The position numbers and the translations under genes were made by a program. Positions 1 through 9,554 of a DNA stretch of 64,000 nucleotides are shown in pieces (positions within the stretch are counted from its first letter, which is position 1; each line of letters begins with the position of its first letter). The notes under the pieces were generated by a model. The model worked only from the letters and a program-made list of their open reading frames with translations. It was not told the origin of the DNA and searched no databases. The stretch is from Thermodesulfobacteriota bacterium (lineage in GTDB: Bacteria > Desulfobacterota > Desulfarculia > JACQYL01), in assembly GCA_963675595.2 (NCBI GenBank), contig CAXXLZ010000001.1, positions 704,001-768,000 on the forward strand, given 5' to 3'.

Positions 1-53
1 AATGACCTATTTCAACTGCTATGCCATAAAATGGTGCTCAAACAGGGATATCT

Positions 54-424
54 ATGGAAGAAAAAATGAACAGGTGGGGTTTCGGGCCGATTTTTGCCAC
101 ACTGTCTATAGTTTTAGGACTCATTGTTTTGGCAACGAGTCGATTTTCTTATTCAAGATTCAATAATGCCTTCGTTAACGGTCGACTTATGTTATTTTCT
201 GGAATTTTGGTGATAATTCCTGGAATGAGCTCCTTTATTTTCCAAGGACGATTGCAAGTGCCTACATTACCGACGAACTTCTTACTGGAGGCGTTTTCAG
301 ATGGTGTCGCCATCCTCTGTATGCATCATGGGTGGTCCTCATCTTGCCGGGTATCGCTCTTGTGATGAGTAGTTGGCCGGGACGGAGGCGGCCGACTGCT
401 TTCACCGGGGGACACCGCTTCTAG
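54..424 (+). pseudogene. Frameshifted/truncated isoprenylcysteine carboxylmethyltransferase (ICMT/PEMT-like) membrane methyltransferase
   Basis: Hydrophobic N-terminus in ORF 54..365. A different frame from about 280 reads LTGGVFRWCRHPLYASWVVLILPGIALVM (RHPxY family motif) and stops at 424. Region is AT-rich. Confidence 0.6.
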
Positions 425-688
425 CTACAACGGCCCGGGCGATCTGACCCGTCGCACGGAATCGGGCGCCACCATGGGGCGTCCGTTGCGCCTCACTCGG
501 GCATGAACCTCCACACCCCAACGTCCGGTACCGGCTGCGTCGGCGGAGGCGGGAGGACTTCGGATACGGGACACGAGCTTCAACGCAATCGGACCAAAGA
601 ATTGTGGTTCTGAGGTGGGGGGCGAAGGCCGCAAGCGGAAACAGGGGGTTACCTTCACTCGGTAACCCGCTGTTTCAGATTTCTCATA

Positions 689-735
689 TGGCTGGAACGA
701 CGAGACTCGAACTCGCGAACTCCGGCGTGAAGGCC
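689..735 (-). other. 3' half of tRNA-Asp (att-like remnant, not an intact tRNA)
   Basis: Reverse complement GGCCT-TCACGCCGGAGTTCGCGAGTTCGAGTCTCGTCGTTCCAGCCA gives anticodon arm remnant (G of GTC missing), T-arm GTTCGAGTC, G discriminator and CCA. No D-arm or 5' acceptor strand upstream. Confidence 0.75.
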
Positions 736-955
736 CCCGGGGATGAACAAAGGGGAGGCCCTGGGCTTTGTACCGTTCCCCGAGCCGCGAAGCACCCTTT
801 CGGGGAAGTGGGTGGCCGCCACTCGGAAGGGGATTCCGCCCGCCGTCGTCGGATCGGCGGGCGGCGGGTGTTTCTTTCACGCGACGTTGCCGCCGCTCCC
901 GAGTTGTTTTTCGGTGAACCGAATTCAAGGAGAGGCGCAACCCCTCCTAATGCTT

Positions 956-1708
956 TTACTCTCCATGGATCGGGGTCACTTGACGCAGTAGGAAAGTGCC
1001 GTCGCCTTCATCCTCCAACTCGGCTCCATAGGCCGAACCGTCGGATACAAAGGCGTCGGGGATATGCAGGATGCCGTTCTCGTCCAAATACGGGATGGCT
1101 CGCGCGCTGAATTTGTCGATGGAGGGAAGAAACTCCAGATTGACAACGGCCTGGGGCCGAAGAGCGCTTTGGAAAAAGGATTTCTGCTCGTCGGTCGCTT
1201 CTCCCGTTTTCACCAGGGTACGGTAGGTGAAAAACTCTTTGGGATAAAGGGTTTCATTCGCTTTGACTTTCCAAACCATCCCCGTTGATTTCTGAACGAA
1301 GAAAAAGACCGCGTCCCCGATGGTGAGATAGTACGGGCCTTTGGCTCCCGTTACGAACGCGAGATCGGAAGGGGACCAGCCCATCGCATCGACGAACAGC
1401 TCTTCGGCTCCGCGGGTCGTCCAACCTGTGAAGATATTGATGTCGTCTCTTGGAACGACGCCGTCCGAGAATTGAGCCGCCAGCAACTGAAGCGCCCTGA
1501 AGCAAAGGCATCTGCAAATGCAGACTTTGGTCTTACCGTCTTCGACTTCCGTTTTAACCTGGTCCAAATCGTAGGTGGTGATGACGTCGTTTGCCTTAAC
1601 CCGGATCTGATTCCCGGTGATGGTTTCGCCGTGAACCGAGGGCGCCATGTAAACGGCCACGGCCAGTATCGACAGCGCGATCCATCCTTTCATCATTTTC
1701 TTCGACAT
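956..1708 (-). CDS. Secreted Cys-motif protein, FmdE-like putative metal-binding protein
   Basis: AAGGAG RBS before ATG 1708; signal peptide MSKKMMKGWIALSILAVAVYMAPSVHG; VCICRCLCFRAL...RDDI motif reminiscent of FmdE-like domains. Confidence 0.55.
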   Translation of the reverse strand: MSKKMMKGWIALSILAVAVYMAPSVHGETITGNQIRVKANDVITTYDLDQVKTEVEDGKTKVCICRCLCFRALQLLAAQFSDGVVPRDDINIFTGWTTRGAEELFVDAMGWSPSDLAFVTGAKGPYYLTIGDAVFFFVQKSTGMVWKVKANETLYPKEFFTYRTLVKTGEATDEQKSFFQSALRPQAVVNLEFLPSIDKFSARAIPYLDENGILHIPDAFVSDGSAYGAELEDEGDGTFLLRQVTPIHGE

Positions 1709-1768
1709 GACTGACTCCTTGCGTAATGGTGAGCAGTGACAATACGACCCGGGCGGTCTGCGCCGCCG

Positions 1769-1820
1769 AAAAACGAAAAGGCGTAACATGGACGCATGTT
1801 GCGTGCCCCTGTTACGCCTT
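1769..1820 (-). terminator. Intrinsic terminator-like hairpin in the 5' leader of the 956..1708 gene
   Basis: AAGGCGTAACA...TGTTACGCCTT 11-bp stem with paired interior, followed by TTCGTTTTT on the minus strand. Confidence 0.55.
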
Positions 1821-1872
1821 CAATTTCTTCGCGCCCGCCGCGGGCCGAAAATCGTAAGACGTCCCGATGATT

Positions 1873-1931
1873 CTTAGAGATATCTAAGTAACTAAGAGCG
1901 ATTAAATCGCACGGTGCGATGTTCTTGTCAA
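1873..1931 (-). promoter_or_regulatory. Putative sigma70 promoter with palindromic operator(s)
   Basis: TTGACA (minus, 1926-1931); palindromes ATCGCAC-G-GTGCGAT (1906-1920) and CTTAGA-GATA-TCTAAG (1873-1888). Confidence 0.45.
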
Positions 1932-2052
1932 GGTTTTTTCAGGCCGTTCAAGCGGATTGAGAAAAAGAGTGAATGCCTGATCGCAAGGCCGACACAGCGT
2001 ACGAACGTGAAACGGCGGGAACGGAACCCACGAAACTTTCGACGGCGGACTC

Positions 2053-2331
2053 TTAATATTCGACCGTGCGTCGGCCTTGTCGGCAGTGGGTGTCTTTCTC
2101 CCGTTCGAAACGGCTCAAGCCCTTGGGGAGAGATTTCTTGAGCCGATCAAAGGCTCTCCGGGCTCTTGGAGAGGAGGAAACCACCAAGTGCGTTCCCGGG
2201 ATGAGGAAAATCAGGCCCAAGGGTACGGGAAGGATATATAGAGGGATTCCGACGATAATCAAGGTCACACCCAAAATGAGTTTGACACGAGGAGAAGGCG
2301 ACCACCACCGGCGAATGTTTTGTTGATCCAT
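2053..2331 (-). CDS. Small two-helix membrane protein (PGPGW-like)
   Basis: LILGVTLIIVGIPLYILPVPLGLIFLIPG hydrophobic hairpin followed by a basic tail. Confidence 0.55.
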   Translation of the reverse strand: MDQQNIRRWWSPSPRVKLILGVTLIIVGIPLYILPVPLGLIFLIPGTHLVVSSSPRARRAFDRLKKSLPKGLSRFEREKDTHCRQGRRTVEY

Positions 2332-2585
2332 GGGGAGCGGACACGTCCGTTTATGACAGAGTTGAAGAATCAAGTACACTCCCAGTATGCACACCGGTTG
2401 TTGCGGATGGGTGACGAAAGGATGAAAGTTAAGCGGGAGAAGGGAAAGACTTTTCGGAGGGCGCTCCGTCTTCGCTGCGTGCGTCGACGTGAAGCTCGGA
2501 AAAACGCGGACCCGACCACGGATAAGGCTCTAAAGAACCTGTTCCGGTTGACCGAACGGGCAATGCACTCCGCCTGAAGGGGGGA

Positions 2586-3731
2586 CTATCCCGCCAGCCT
2601 AGCCGCGTATTCCCGGATGACTCGGGTACGGTCCATGTTGGCCAGGATAAGTTCTTTTCGGATTTCGTAGTCTTCCCAGGCCGGTTGAAAACCCACTTCC
2701 CTGGAAGCCTTAATGGGATCTTGCTCACCGGGGCTCCTGAGCTTTTCCGCCATATGGGTGTCGTCTCCCATAAAGACCAGGAGGGGGCGGTGAGAGGGGC
2801 CGCGTCGCTTATTCTTGCCGTTGAGGACGGAGATGAGGAATTTGGTATACTTTCGGGACTGAGGATTCCATACCTCGTAACCATCCACGTCGTACTCCGC
2901 CAACAGAATCGGCCAGAACTGCTCGGGGTGGGGGATAACGATTCCTCCTCCCAAGGACCTGGCTTCCTCGATGACTTCCGACGTCCTGTAGAAGTAACGA
3001 AGCGGGAACTCCTCCTTGACGGTTCTTTTCACGGCCGTCAAAAACGTTTGAGCTCTGTCGATCCATGGGTCCCCGTAGTCGGCGCGTAGTCCGTCGAAGA
3101 AATTTCGAAGCAGCTTGTTCTTGATGGACTCCGGCGGCACGGAACTTTCATGGCGCTGGAGAAGTGTTTCGATTTTTCCGACGTAGACCTGCACGAAATG
3201 GATGAGAGTCTCGTTGGCCCCGGTTTCCTTGGCGGCGAACTCGATGCGATGTGCCACGGGGCCGGTAATGGTCTGCATGAATTCGTAGAGCTGAGATGAA
3301 CGGTATTTGAAGGTGTGTCGGAGCATCGACCTGAGCACGTCCGCATGTTCCAGTTTGGGGGTTTCGAAATGCAGCAGCAATTGAACCTTCTGATTGAATC
3401 CCCTCGAATAGCAGTCCACCTCCACGCCGGTGTATCCGTTCCACGAGGTCAACGCGTTGTGTTGGGTCGGAATAATCAGATCAAGCTGCTTGTGGGGAAA
3501 ACAAGCGGCGATGCGCTTCCGGATGAGTTCCTTCGGGACGAATTCGGGATGCCAGTGGACCGCTAGTACCGACTCTTGTTTGGGGAAGGCATGGCCGACG
3601 GTTACAACTCGAGATTCTTCCTCGGGGCTGAGTTCGGTGGATACCACCCTGAGGAAGAGCCGTTCATCGTCATCGGAGATCTCCTCTGAGACCTTGTCCG
3701 GAACCAAAGATAGCCAATCGGTCTTATGCAC
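2586..3731 (-). CDS. GAK-system-associated protein with PHP-like phosphoesterase C-terminal motifs
   Basis: GGGIVIPHP, DGYEVWNP and MGDDTH match PHP-family motifs; extra HWHPE and TQHN; GAAGGAG RBS; downstream of the GAK genes on the same strand. Confidence 0.7.
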   Translation of the reverse strand: MHKTDWLSLVPDKVSEEISDDDERLFLRVVSTELSPEEESRVVTVGHAFPKQESVLAVHWHPEFVPKELIRKRIAACFPHKQLDLIIPTQHNALTSWNGYTGVEVDCYSRGFNQKVQLLLHFETPKLEHADVLRSMLRHTFKYRSSQLYEFMQTITGPVAHRIEFAAKETGANETLIHFVQVYVGKIETLLQRHESSVPPESIKNKLLRNFFDGLRADYGDPWIDRAQTFLTAVKRTVKEEFPLRYFYRTSEVIEEARSLGGGIVIPHPEQFWPILLAEYDVDGYEVWNPQSRKYTKFLISVLNGKNKRRGPSHRPLLVFMGDDTHMAEKLRSPGEQDPIKASREVGFQPAWEDYEIRKELILANMDRTRVIREYAARLAG

Positions 3732-3866
3732 GGAGAACTCCTTCCACCTGAATCGTAGGTGTTAAGGGGGCATACCGACGAGATTCCACCAAAGAAAGGA
3801 CCGTAGAAGTCACCACGCAATGTCCGTCCACCGTGGTCGCAACCGCACCGACCTTTTTGGTCGGAG

Positions 3867-4412
3867 TCACTTGTGTTCGCGATGGCAGTGACCTCTGATT
3901 TTATCGATCTCGTCTATCGTGCCGACGAAAGTCTCGATATCCCCTTCGCTGAATGTTGTCCCCAACGTTTCGCATGCCTTGATGAACGGGTCATAGTAGT
4001 TTTCGCCCCGCTCATGAAAGCTAATCATGGTCCGGGCATCCCGCAAGAAACGATCGACCTCGGAGGCCCGGGGAAGCAATCCTGTGTCCCGGCTTTTTCG
4101 AATCGTCCTGAAGTTCTTCTGCATCCTTTTCTTCAGGGCCTTGTACCCGATGACCTCACGTGAGGAAAGCTCATCCCCATCTTCCTCGTCTTCGAGCGGC
4201 TCTTCCGTATCGCGAACTCCCGAGGATTTCGTCCTGATTTTCATGACGAAACCTTCCGCTTCCTTCTTCACGATGAGCTTGAGTTCACGGAGGTCCTGCA
4301 CGGGAATGAGGCCCAACTCCGTCCCGGTTTGTGTTGCGTCGACCAGCACGGCGACGAGTCCGGCGGCCTGTTCCGGGGTCAGGAGTTTTTCGATTTTGGC
4401 ATCTTTGCCCAT
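3867..4412 (-). CDS. GAK system XXXCH domain-containing protein
   Basis: Helical C-terminal domain ending RGHCHREHK; position in the operon. Confidence 0.8.
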   Translation of the reverse strand: MGKDAKIEKLLTPEQAAGLVAVLVDATQTGTELGLIPVQDLRELKLIVKKEAEGFVMKIRTKSSGVRDTEEPLEDEEDGDELSSREVIGYKALKKRMQKNFRTIRKSRDTGLLPRASEVDRFLRDARTMISFHERGENYYDPFIKACETLGTTFSEGDIETFVGTIDEIDKIRGHCHREHK

Positions 4413-4431
4413 GGGGTCGTCCTCTCAGGGA

Positions 4432-5622
4432 TCAGGTTAAAGAAAGGAGAACGGGAACAAGGAGCTTTTCGTCGATCAGCGGTGTGCCGGCTTCGCCGAC
4501 GAGGGGACAACTCAATATTTGCACACCCAACCCTCTCAACTTTTCCCGATCCACGCCTCCTGGATATGCGTCGTGCCTGTCGTCCACAATCACGAGATTC
4601 AACACGTCCCGGAGTGAAATTCGATCCGGATCGTCTTGTATCAAGGTGTTTGAGAGTATCCTGACCTGTTCGGAAAGATCGAGGCCGTAAAGTTCCGGGT
4701 CGTGGCCCAAATTGGGAATGAACACCTTGGGGCAGGGATTCCGGCTCACGGCCCGGCCGACTCCTTTGGGCAGCAGGTTCGCGATCAAGCTGGAATAGAA
4801 GCTTCCCATGGGATAGCAGATCAGTTCCGCCTGGGCGATAAGTTCCTTCATCTTCGTACGCAACGGAACCTCCAAGGGACCCGTTTCTCCGCACCCGTCA
4901 CTGAGAAAGACTCCCCTAATTGCGGAGGAGATCGGGGGTGCTTCCTTCCCGGTGAGCAGGTGCTGCCCTACCAGAATATTCCCGTCTTCGAGCTCTGCGG
5001 CAAGGTGCACGTCTCGGTTCACCACGGGTCTCACCGTGCCTAAGACTCGAACCAGCTTGGAGAAAATAAAGATCACCGTATCGAAGCGACGGCGATTTTC
5101 CAGGTAACCGGCCGTAAGAATCAGGTTGCCTATGCTCGCTCCGGCCAAATCGAAGTCCACCGGCATGGAGTCTCGAAAGAGCTGAAGATGGCGCCGAATG
5201 ATTTTTCGCATGGGGTCGGGGATGCGGGACACAAGAGGATGGCGGCCCCGAATCATCTGTTCGAGTTCATTGGAGAGTGCTCTCCTCGGGTCGGTCTGGG
5301 AAAGGCGGTAGGCGAACAGCTCAAATATCTCGGGATTGCCGTGCAGGCTTCGGTCGGCGAGCGCCATGAGGCGGTTGCGCACATCTCCGATGGCGGGCAT
5401 GTGAAACGCCCTACGCAGTTTTGCGGAACTGCCTCCCGAATCGAAAGGTGTAATGACGTGAATGGAGTTGTGCGTGAAATGAATCAGTTCCCGGCTGACA
5501 TCCTTAAGGGCGGTTCCCCCGCTGAAGAACAGGATTCGAGGTCCCAAGTCGGGGCTCCGGGCGTACAAAGCCGATTTCACGGGGTCGGGGATCCTAACTC
5601 TCCGACTGAGTCGAATGTACAT
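4432..5622 (-). CDS. GAK system CofD-like (YvcK/UPF0052 family) protein
   Basis: FFSGGTAL, TPFDSGGSS, GDVRNRL, SIGNLIL, YPMGSFYSSL motifs. Confidence 0.9.
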   Translation of the reverse strand: MYIRLSRRVRIPDPVKSALYARSPDLGPRILFFSGGTALKDVSRELIHFTHNSIHVITPFDSGGSSAKLRRAFHMPAIGDVRNRLMALADRSLHGNPEIFELFAYRLSQTDPRRALSNELEQMIRGRHPLVSRIPDPMRKIIRRHLQLFRDSMPVDFDLAGASIGNLILTAGYLENRRRFDTVIFIFSKLVRVLGTVRPVVNRDVHLAAELEDGNILVGQHLLTGKEAPPISSAIRGVFLSDGCGETGPLEVPLRTKMKELIAQAELICYPMGSFYSSLIANLLPKGVGRAVSRNPCPKVFIPNLGHDPELYGLDLSEQVRILSNTLIQDDPDRISLRDVLNLVIVDDRHDAYPGGVDREKLRGLGVQILSCPLVGEAGTPLIDEKLLVPVLLSLT

Positions 5623-5658
5623 GGGACGGTCCTGTGGATTGAGTTCGGCGGAGGCTCT

Positions 5659-6747
5659 CTAAACGAATTCGGATTTGGCGATGGAGATGCAGGTGGCGGC
5701 CGCCTGCTCGAAATGAATTCCTCCACTGAATTCCCAAACGGAACACCGCGACAGTAATTCTACATAGTCCTTGAGAATCGGTTCGGCGACCGGACAAGCG
5801 GGTGAGGGCTGGAAGAAGAGGCCGGTGGATTTCATGAGGGCCTGCATCAGGTCGGGGCGATCAGCGGGGTTCATCCTTTCCACCGCCAGAGGGGTCCGGT
5901 CTCGTTTCCAGCTCAGGATGATCAGGCAGTCCATAGGTGCATCGAGCACGAATCTACCGGGTCCGAAACACCGATCTATCGGAACGTCGTATTTGTGTTC
6001 CACATCCCAGAGTTCTTCAGAGGGGAGCTTGGAGAAGCGTTCCCAGTCTTCCGACGGCATCACGCTTCTGAGCTTAGGATTGTTCATCGCCGTTCCCGGG
6101 TTGATTCTCGGGAATTTCACTACGCCGTGCATCACCGGTCGATCGTCCTCCAACCGGATCACCAACCGGTCGTTGCTGACGAAGATCGCGTCCTTGCCCA
6201 TCAGGTGCATGGCCAGGGTGGACTTACCCGCCCCGGAGAAACCGGCTATGGCCAAGCCTTTGTTCTCCAGGATGACTCCCGAAGCATGACCCAGCAGTCC
6301 GCCCTTGCACAGCAACCATTCAATGTAACGGTTGTTGATGAAGTTGACTACCTGGTTGATGTTATCCAAACAGGGGCCCACGGCCAGTTGTTCTTTTTCG
6401 CCGAGTACGAACAGCATACCGGTCAACCGCTTTCTCACCACACGACCGCCGGGGAGATCGGCGTATTCTTCCTTGATCTTGGATTTGCCGGGGTCCGGCT
6501 CTTTGATCTTCAGCGGCAGCTTCGGATTCGGGGGGAGCGCTTCGTGCACCGTGATGGTGATCTCGGGGGTTGCCCGGCCCACGGCGAAGTCGCCGAAATA
6601 GTCGAGAAGAGCGCGCGCGACTCGGCTGTCGTTGACCGCCACTTCCAACACACACGTACCGAAACGCAAATAGAGCGAGTCCACGGTGGGGAAGCGCTCA
6701 CGGAACACACGGGCAATAGTGGGTACGTCTCCTGCAATTTGATTCAC
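5659..6747 (-). CDS. HprK-related kinase B (GAK system)
   Basis: HASGV...AGFSGAGKST P-loop and VSNDRL, an HprK/PEPCK-like signature. Confidence 0.85.
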   Translation of the reverse strand: MNQIAGDVPTIARVFRERFPTVDSLYLRFGTCVLEVAVNDSRVARALLDYFGDFAVGRATPEITITVHEALPPNPKLPLKIKEPDPGKSKIKEEYADLPGGRVVRKRLTGMLFVLGEKEQLAVGPCLDNINQVVNFINNRYIEWLLCKGGLLGHASGVILENKGLAIAGFSGAGKSTLAMHLMGKDAIFVSNDRLVIRLEDDRPVMHGVVKFPRINPGTAMNNPKLRSVMPSEDWERFSKLPSEELWDVEHKYDVPIDRCFGPGRFVLDAPMDCLIILSWKRDRTPLAVERMNPADRPDLMQALMKSTGLFFQPSPACPVAEPILKDYVELLSRCSVWEFSGGIHFEQAAATCISIAKSEFV

Positions 6748-7619
6748 GAGCCCAACCTTCCCAAAGTATATTGGACAAACATGCGTGCAACGTCCATATT
6801 CCTTGCCGCCTGAATTCCCCTGAATCCTCCGAAGGCGGAAACCTCGAAAACCACGGGACCCTCTTCAGTGAGCGCGACGTCCACACAGGTGAAATCCAAT
6901 CCGAAAAGGCTCTGGGCATTCCGGGCCAAGGTGATGATGTCCTTGGGGGGATCAAAAGGAGCATACTTCCCACCGGATCGCGTCGTGGTGTTCCAGGAGG
7001 CCTCATTTCCGCAACGAGCATAAGTGGTGAGATATTCACCACCCAGAAAGGCGATCCCCAAGTCTCTGCCCTGGTGGTCGATGCGTTTCTGAATGTACAT
7101 AATGGGGTGTTCGCTCTTGAACACGTCGATTTGCCGCTTTGCCTCGGGTCCGTCGGCAATGACGATCATTCCTTTGGCCTTGGAGGAGTACAGAGGCTTG
7201 AAGACCGCCTCGCCGTATTCCCTCACCGCGTTGAGTGCCGCATCGGCTTCTTCGGTGACGGTGGTGGGGGGCATGGGGATCCCTGCCAAGCCGAGGGTCA
7301 CCGTGCAGCTCAAACGGTCCAGCACTCGGGTGATATTGATGGGAGAGGAAAACATCTTCACTCCGTTTTCGTAAAGAAAACGGAGGATTTCGAGGCGATC
7401 CAGAAGATCGGGAGAATATCTGGCGCCTATCTTCTTGATCATCAGGGCGTCGAAGCTCGAAAGATCCAGTTCTTCGTATAAGACCTTCCCTCTGTGCAGG
7501 TCCAACACCACTTTTTCCATATCTATGAGATAGCGTTGTCCGGTCAGTTCCCCGACAGTGTCGGCCAGTTTCTCGGACGACCATCCCCCGGGGGTACCGA
7601 CGACTCCGATTCTTGTCAT
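6744..7619 (-). CDS. GAK system ATP-grasp enzyme (RimK-like ligase)
   Basis: VFKPLYSSKAKG, YIQKRI, RDLG, FTCVDVA, VVFEVS RimK/ATP-grasp motifs. Confidence 0.88.
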   Translation of the reverse strand: MTRIGVVGTPGGWSSEKLADTVGELTGQRYLIDMEKVVLDLHRGKVLYEELDLSSFDALMIKKIGARYSPDLLDRLEILRFLYENGVKMFSSPINITRVLDRLSCTVTLGLAGIPMPPTTVTEEADAALNAVREYGEAVFKPLYSSKAKGMIVIADGPEAKRQIDVFKSEHPIMYIQKRIDHQGRDLGIAFLGGEYLTTYARCGNEASWNTTTRSGGKYAPFDPPKDIITLARNAQSLFGLDFTCVDVALTEEGPVVFEVSAFGGFRGIQAARNMDVARMFVQYTLGRLGS

Positions 7620-7642
7620 TTTCGACCCTCTGCTCGGTAGTG

Positions 7643-9283
7643 CTAGTAATAAAGTACGCTTTCAGGAAGCCGAAATGTTTCGGCGGGTCGATCCCTCTGA
7701 GCGATCAGCTTTTCCATCAGGAAGTGCGAGCGCAGCAGCATTTCCTTCGCAAAGGACTGATTCAGTTCAAATCGGGTCGACGTGAAAAAGGATCTGGCCA
7801 ACGCCAGAGTCATTCGAAACTCGAAAGTAACGTCTTGGTTCTCACGGGCATAATCACCGAAGAACGAGTAGAAACGTTTTATGGTGCCGTTCAGACGTTT
7901 TCGCAGCTCCGGTTCAAACACGGGGAGACGAAAATTGGAGACCAGGAAAACGGAGGCGTCCTGCACGTAGTCGGCTCTTTGAGAACGATACAGGTCAATG
8001 AATCGAATCTTTTTCCGACTGTAATCGTACACCACGTTGCTGATGTTGAAGTCTCCGTGGATAAACACCGTGAAAGGTGCGGGGACGTTTCCCTCCAATT
8101 GGGCGCACTCCTCGACGAGCCGACGTGATGATGGTAGGTCCAAATCGTCGATTCCGGCCTGAGGCCTCAGAGAGGCCGGGTGCACTTGAGAAACGCCGGA
8201 AAGCCGGGATTTGAGCTGTCCAAAGTAATCCGTGGAAACGGGCCCGTTGGTTCGCGTGAGTCTCCATGCCTGTAGAAGCGTTCTCTGGAGCGCTTCGCAG
8301 GCTTCGTAGAGGAGATCGTCCCCCGAGGTCAGCACCACTTCGTCCAAAGTCTGCCCCGAGATGAATTCAACGAGGAGGGAGGCCTTGTCGTCCTGTTCAT
8401 GATAACCGAAGACGCGGGGTGCGATTCCGGGCAGAATCGCGTCCCATTCTCGGATGTTGTTTTTTTCCTTCAAAATTTTCTGAACGTTTCCTTCTTTGAA
8501 CACGCCTTCGGATTCGGTGCCGGATTCCAGCTTCTGATGCACCTTGCTGATTCTGCAACCGGAACGCGATCCCCAGATGGCCTGAAAATCGATGTCCGAT
8601 AAGGGGCCGTCAAAACCCGACTTGGAGAGGGTCTCCCGAAGAGCTTCGAATTGTCTGATTTTAATTCGCTCTCCCAGGATCGAGAATAAGAGGGCCTCGC
8701 CGATGTTTAAGAGGGAGTCTCCGATCCGTTCCAAATACCGGAAGATGAACAGGGTGGTCAGCAGATTGGGGATATCTCCTGATTGTCTCAGCTGGTCCAT
8801 GATCCAGTCGAAGCTGGTCTTGTACATCTTGTCCAGGGTCAATTCCACTTTGCAGATATCCAAAGCCCCGGATAAGTCCCTGGTTACGTAAACGGGAAGG
8901 ATTTTGGAGAGCGCGGTCCTGATTTCCGAAAACATTTCCTTGGTATCGAGCTTCTGGAGCGGAGAATGATCGGCAAGATAATCCGTTTGTTTGGCTATGT
9001 TGACAAAGAAGTCCGCAATCCTTTCCAAGTTGACACTGATGACATGTATGGCCCTTATTCGCTTTATGTGCTTATCCGTCAATCCCGAGGAAGAGTGAAT
9101 CATAGAAAAGCATTTGTCCTCGACGCGATTCTTCAGATTATCCACATAGTCATCTTTGGAAATTATTTTGGATATATCGTGTTCGTTTCGGTTAAATAGT
9201 ACACCAAGCGTAAGGTTCAATTGTGCTTGAACCTCAATGACAATGAATTCCATTATTTCTTCTATGGTGTCTAATGATATCAT
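7643..9283 (-). CDS. PhoU domain fused to aminoglycoside-phosphotransferase-like kinase (GAK system)
   Basis: Two PhoU repeats (LERIADF, YLERIGD) followed by kinase motifs HGDFNISN and FIDL. Confidence 0.85.
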   Translation of the reverse strand: MISLDTIEEIMEFIVIEVQAQLNLTLGVLFNRNEHDISKIISKDDYVDNLKNRVEDKCFSMIHSSSGLTDKHIKRIRAIHVISVNLERIADFFVNIAKQTDYLADHSPLQKLDTKEMFSEIRTALSKILPVYVTRDLSGALDICKVELTLDKMYKTSFDWIMDQLRQSGDIPNLLTTLFIFRYLERIGDSLLNIGEALLFSILGERIKIRQFEALRETLSKSGFDGPLSDIDFQAIWGSRSGCRISKVHQKLESGTESEGVFKEGNVQKILKEKNNIREWDAILPGIAPRVFGYHEQDDKASLLVEFISGQTLDEVVLTSGDDLLYEACEALQRTLLQAWRLTRTNGPVSTDYFGQLKSRLSGVSQVHPASLRPQAGIDDLDLPSSRRLVEECAQLEGNVPAPFTVFIHGDFNISNVVYDYSRKKIRFIDLYRSQRADYVQDASVFLVSNFRLPVFEPELRKRLNGTIKRFYSFFGDYARENQDVTFEFRMTLALARSFFTSTRFELNQSFAKEMLLRSHFLMEKLIAQRDRPAETFRLPESVLYY

Positions 9284-9284
9284 G

Positions 9285-9554
9285 TCATTTAGTACTGATA
9301 GTTAGTTTGTCCTTATCGTCGTTACCTGAGACGTTTTTCCATGATATTCTCAGACTTAATCTGCTTCTGTCCCCTTCATTCTTTGCCTTTATTTTAATCT
9401 TAAGCAAATCTTTTGGAAAAAGAATGATTTCATTTTGCTCTGAGGTGAAGGTTAGCTTACCACTCTCAAAACCATGGATAAGAGATTCCAAGTATTTCTT
9501 TATAGTCTCGGAGTCTTGATAGGATTCAAATTCAAATTCTTCCTGTTTGGGCAT
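9285..9554 (-). CDS. amphi-Trp domain-containing protein
   Basis: Short protein with an alternating amphipathic strand ending LSLRISW; first gene of the GAK operon. Confidence 0.85.
   Translation of the reverse strand: MPKQEEFEFESYQDSETIKKYLESLIHGFESGKLTFTSEQNEIILFPKDLLKIKIKAKNEGDRSRLSLRISWKNVSGNDDKDKLTISTK

Noticed and set aside
689-770. Functional tRNA gene
   Set aside because: No D-arm or 5' acceptor strand, and the anticodon loop has a deletion.
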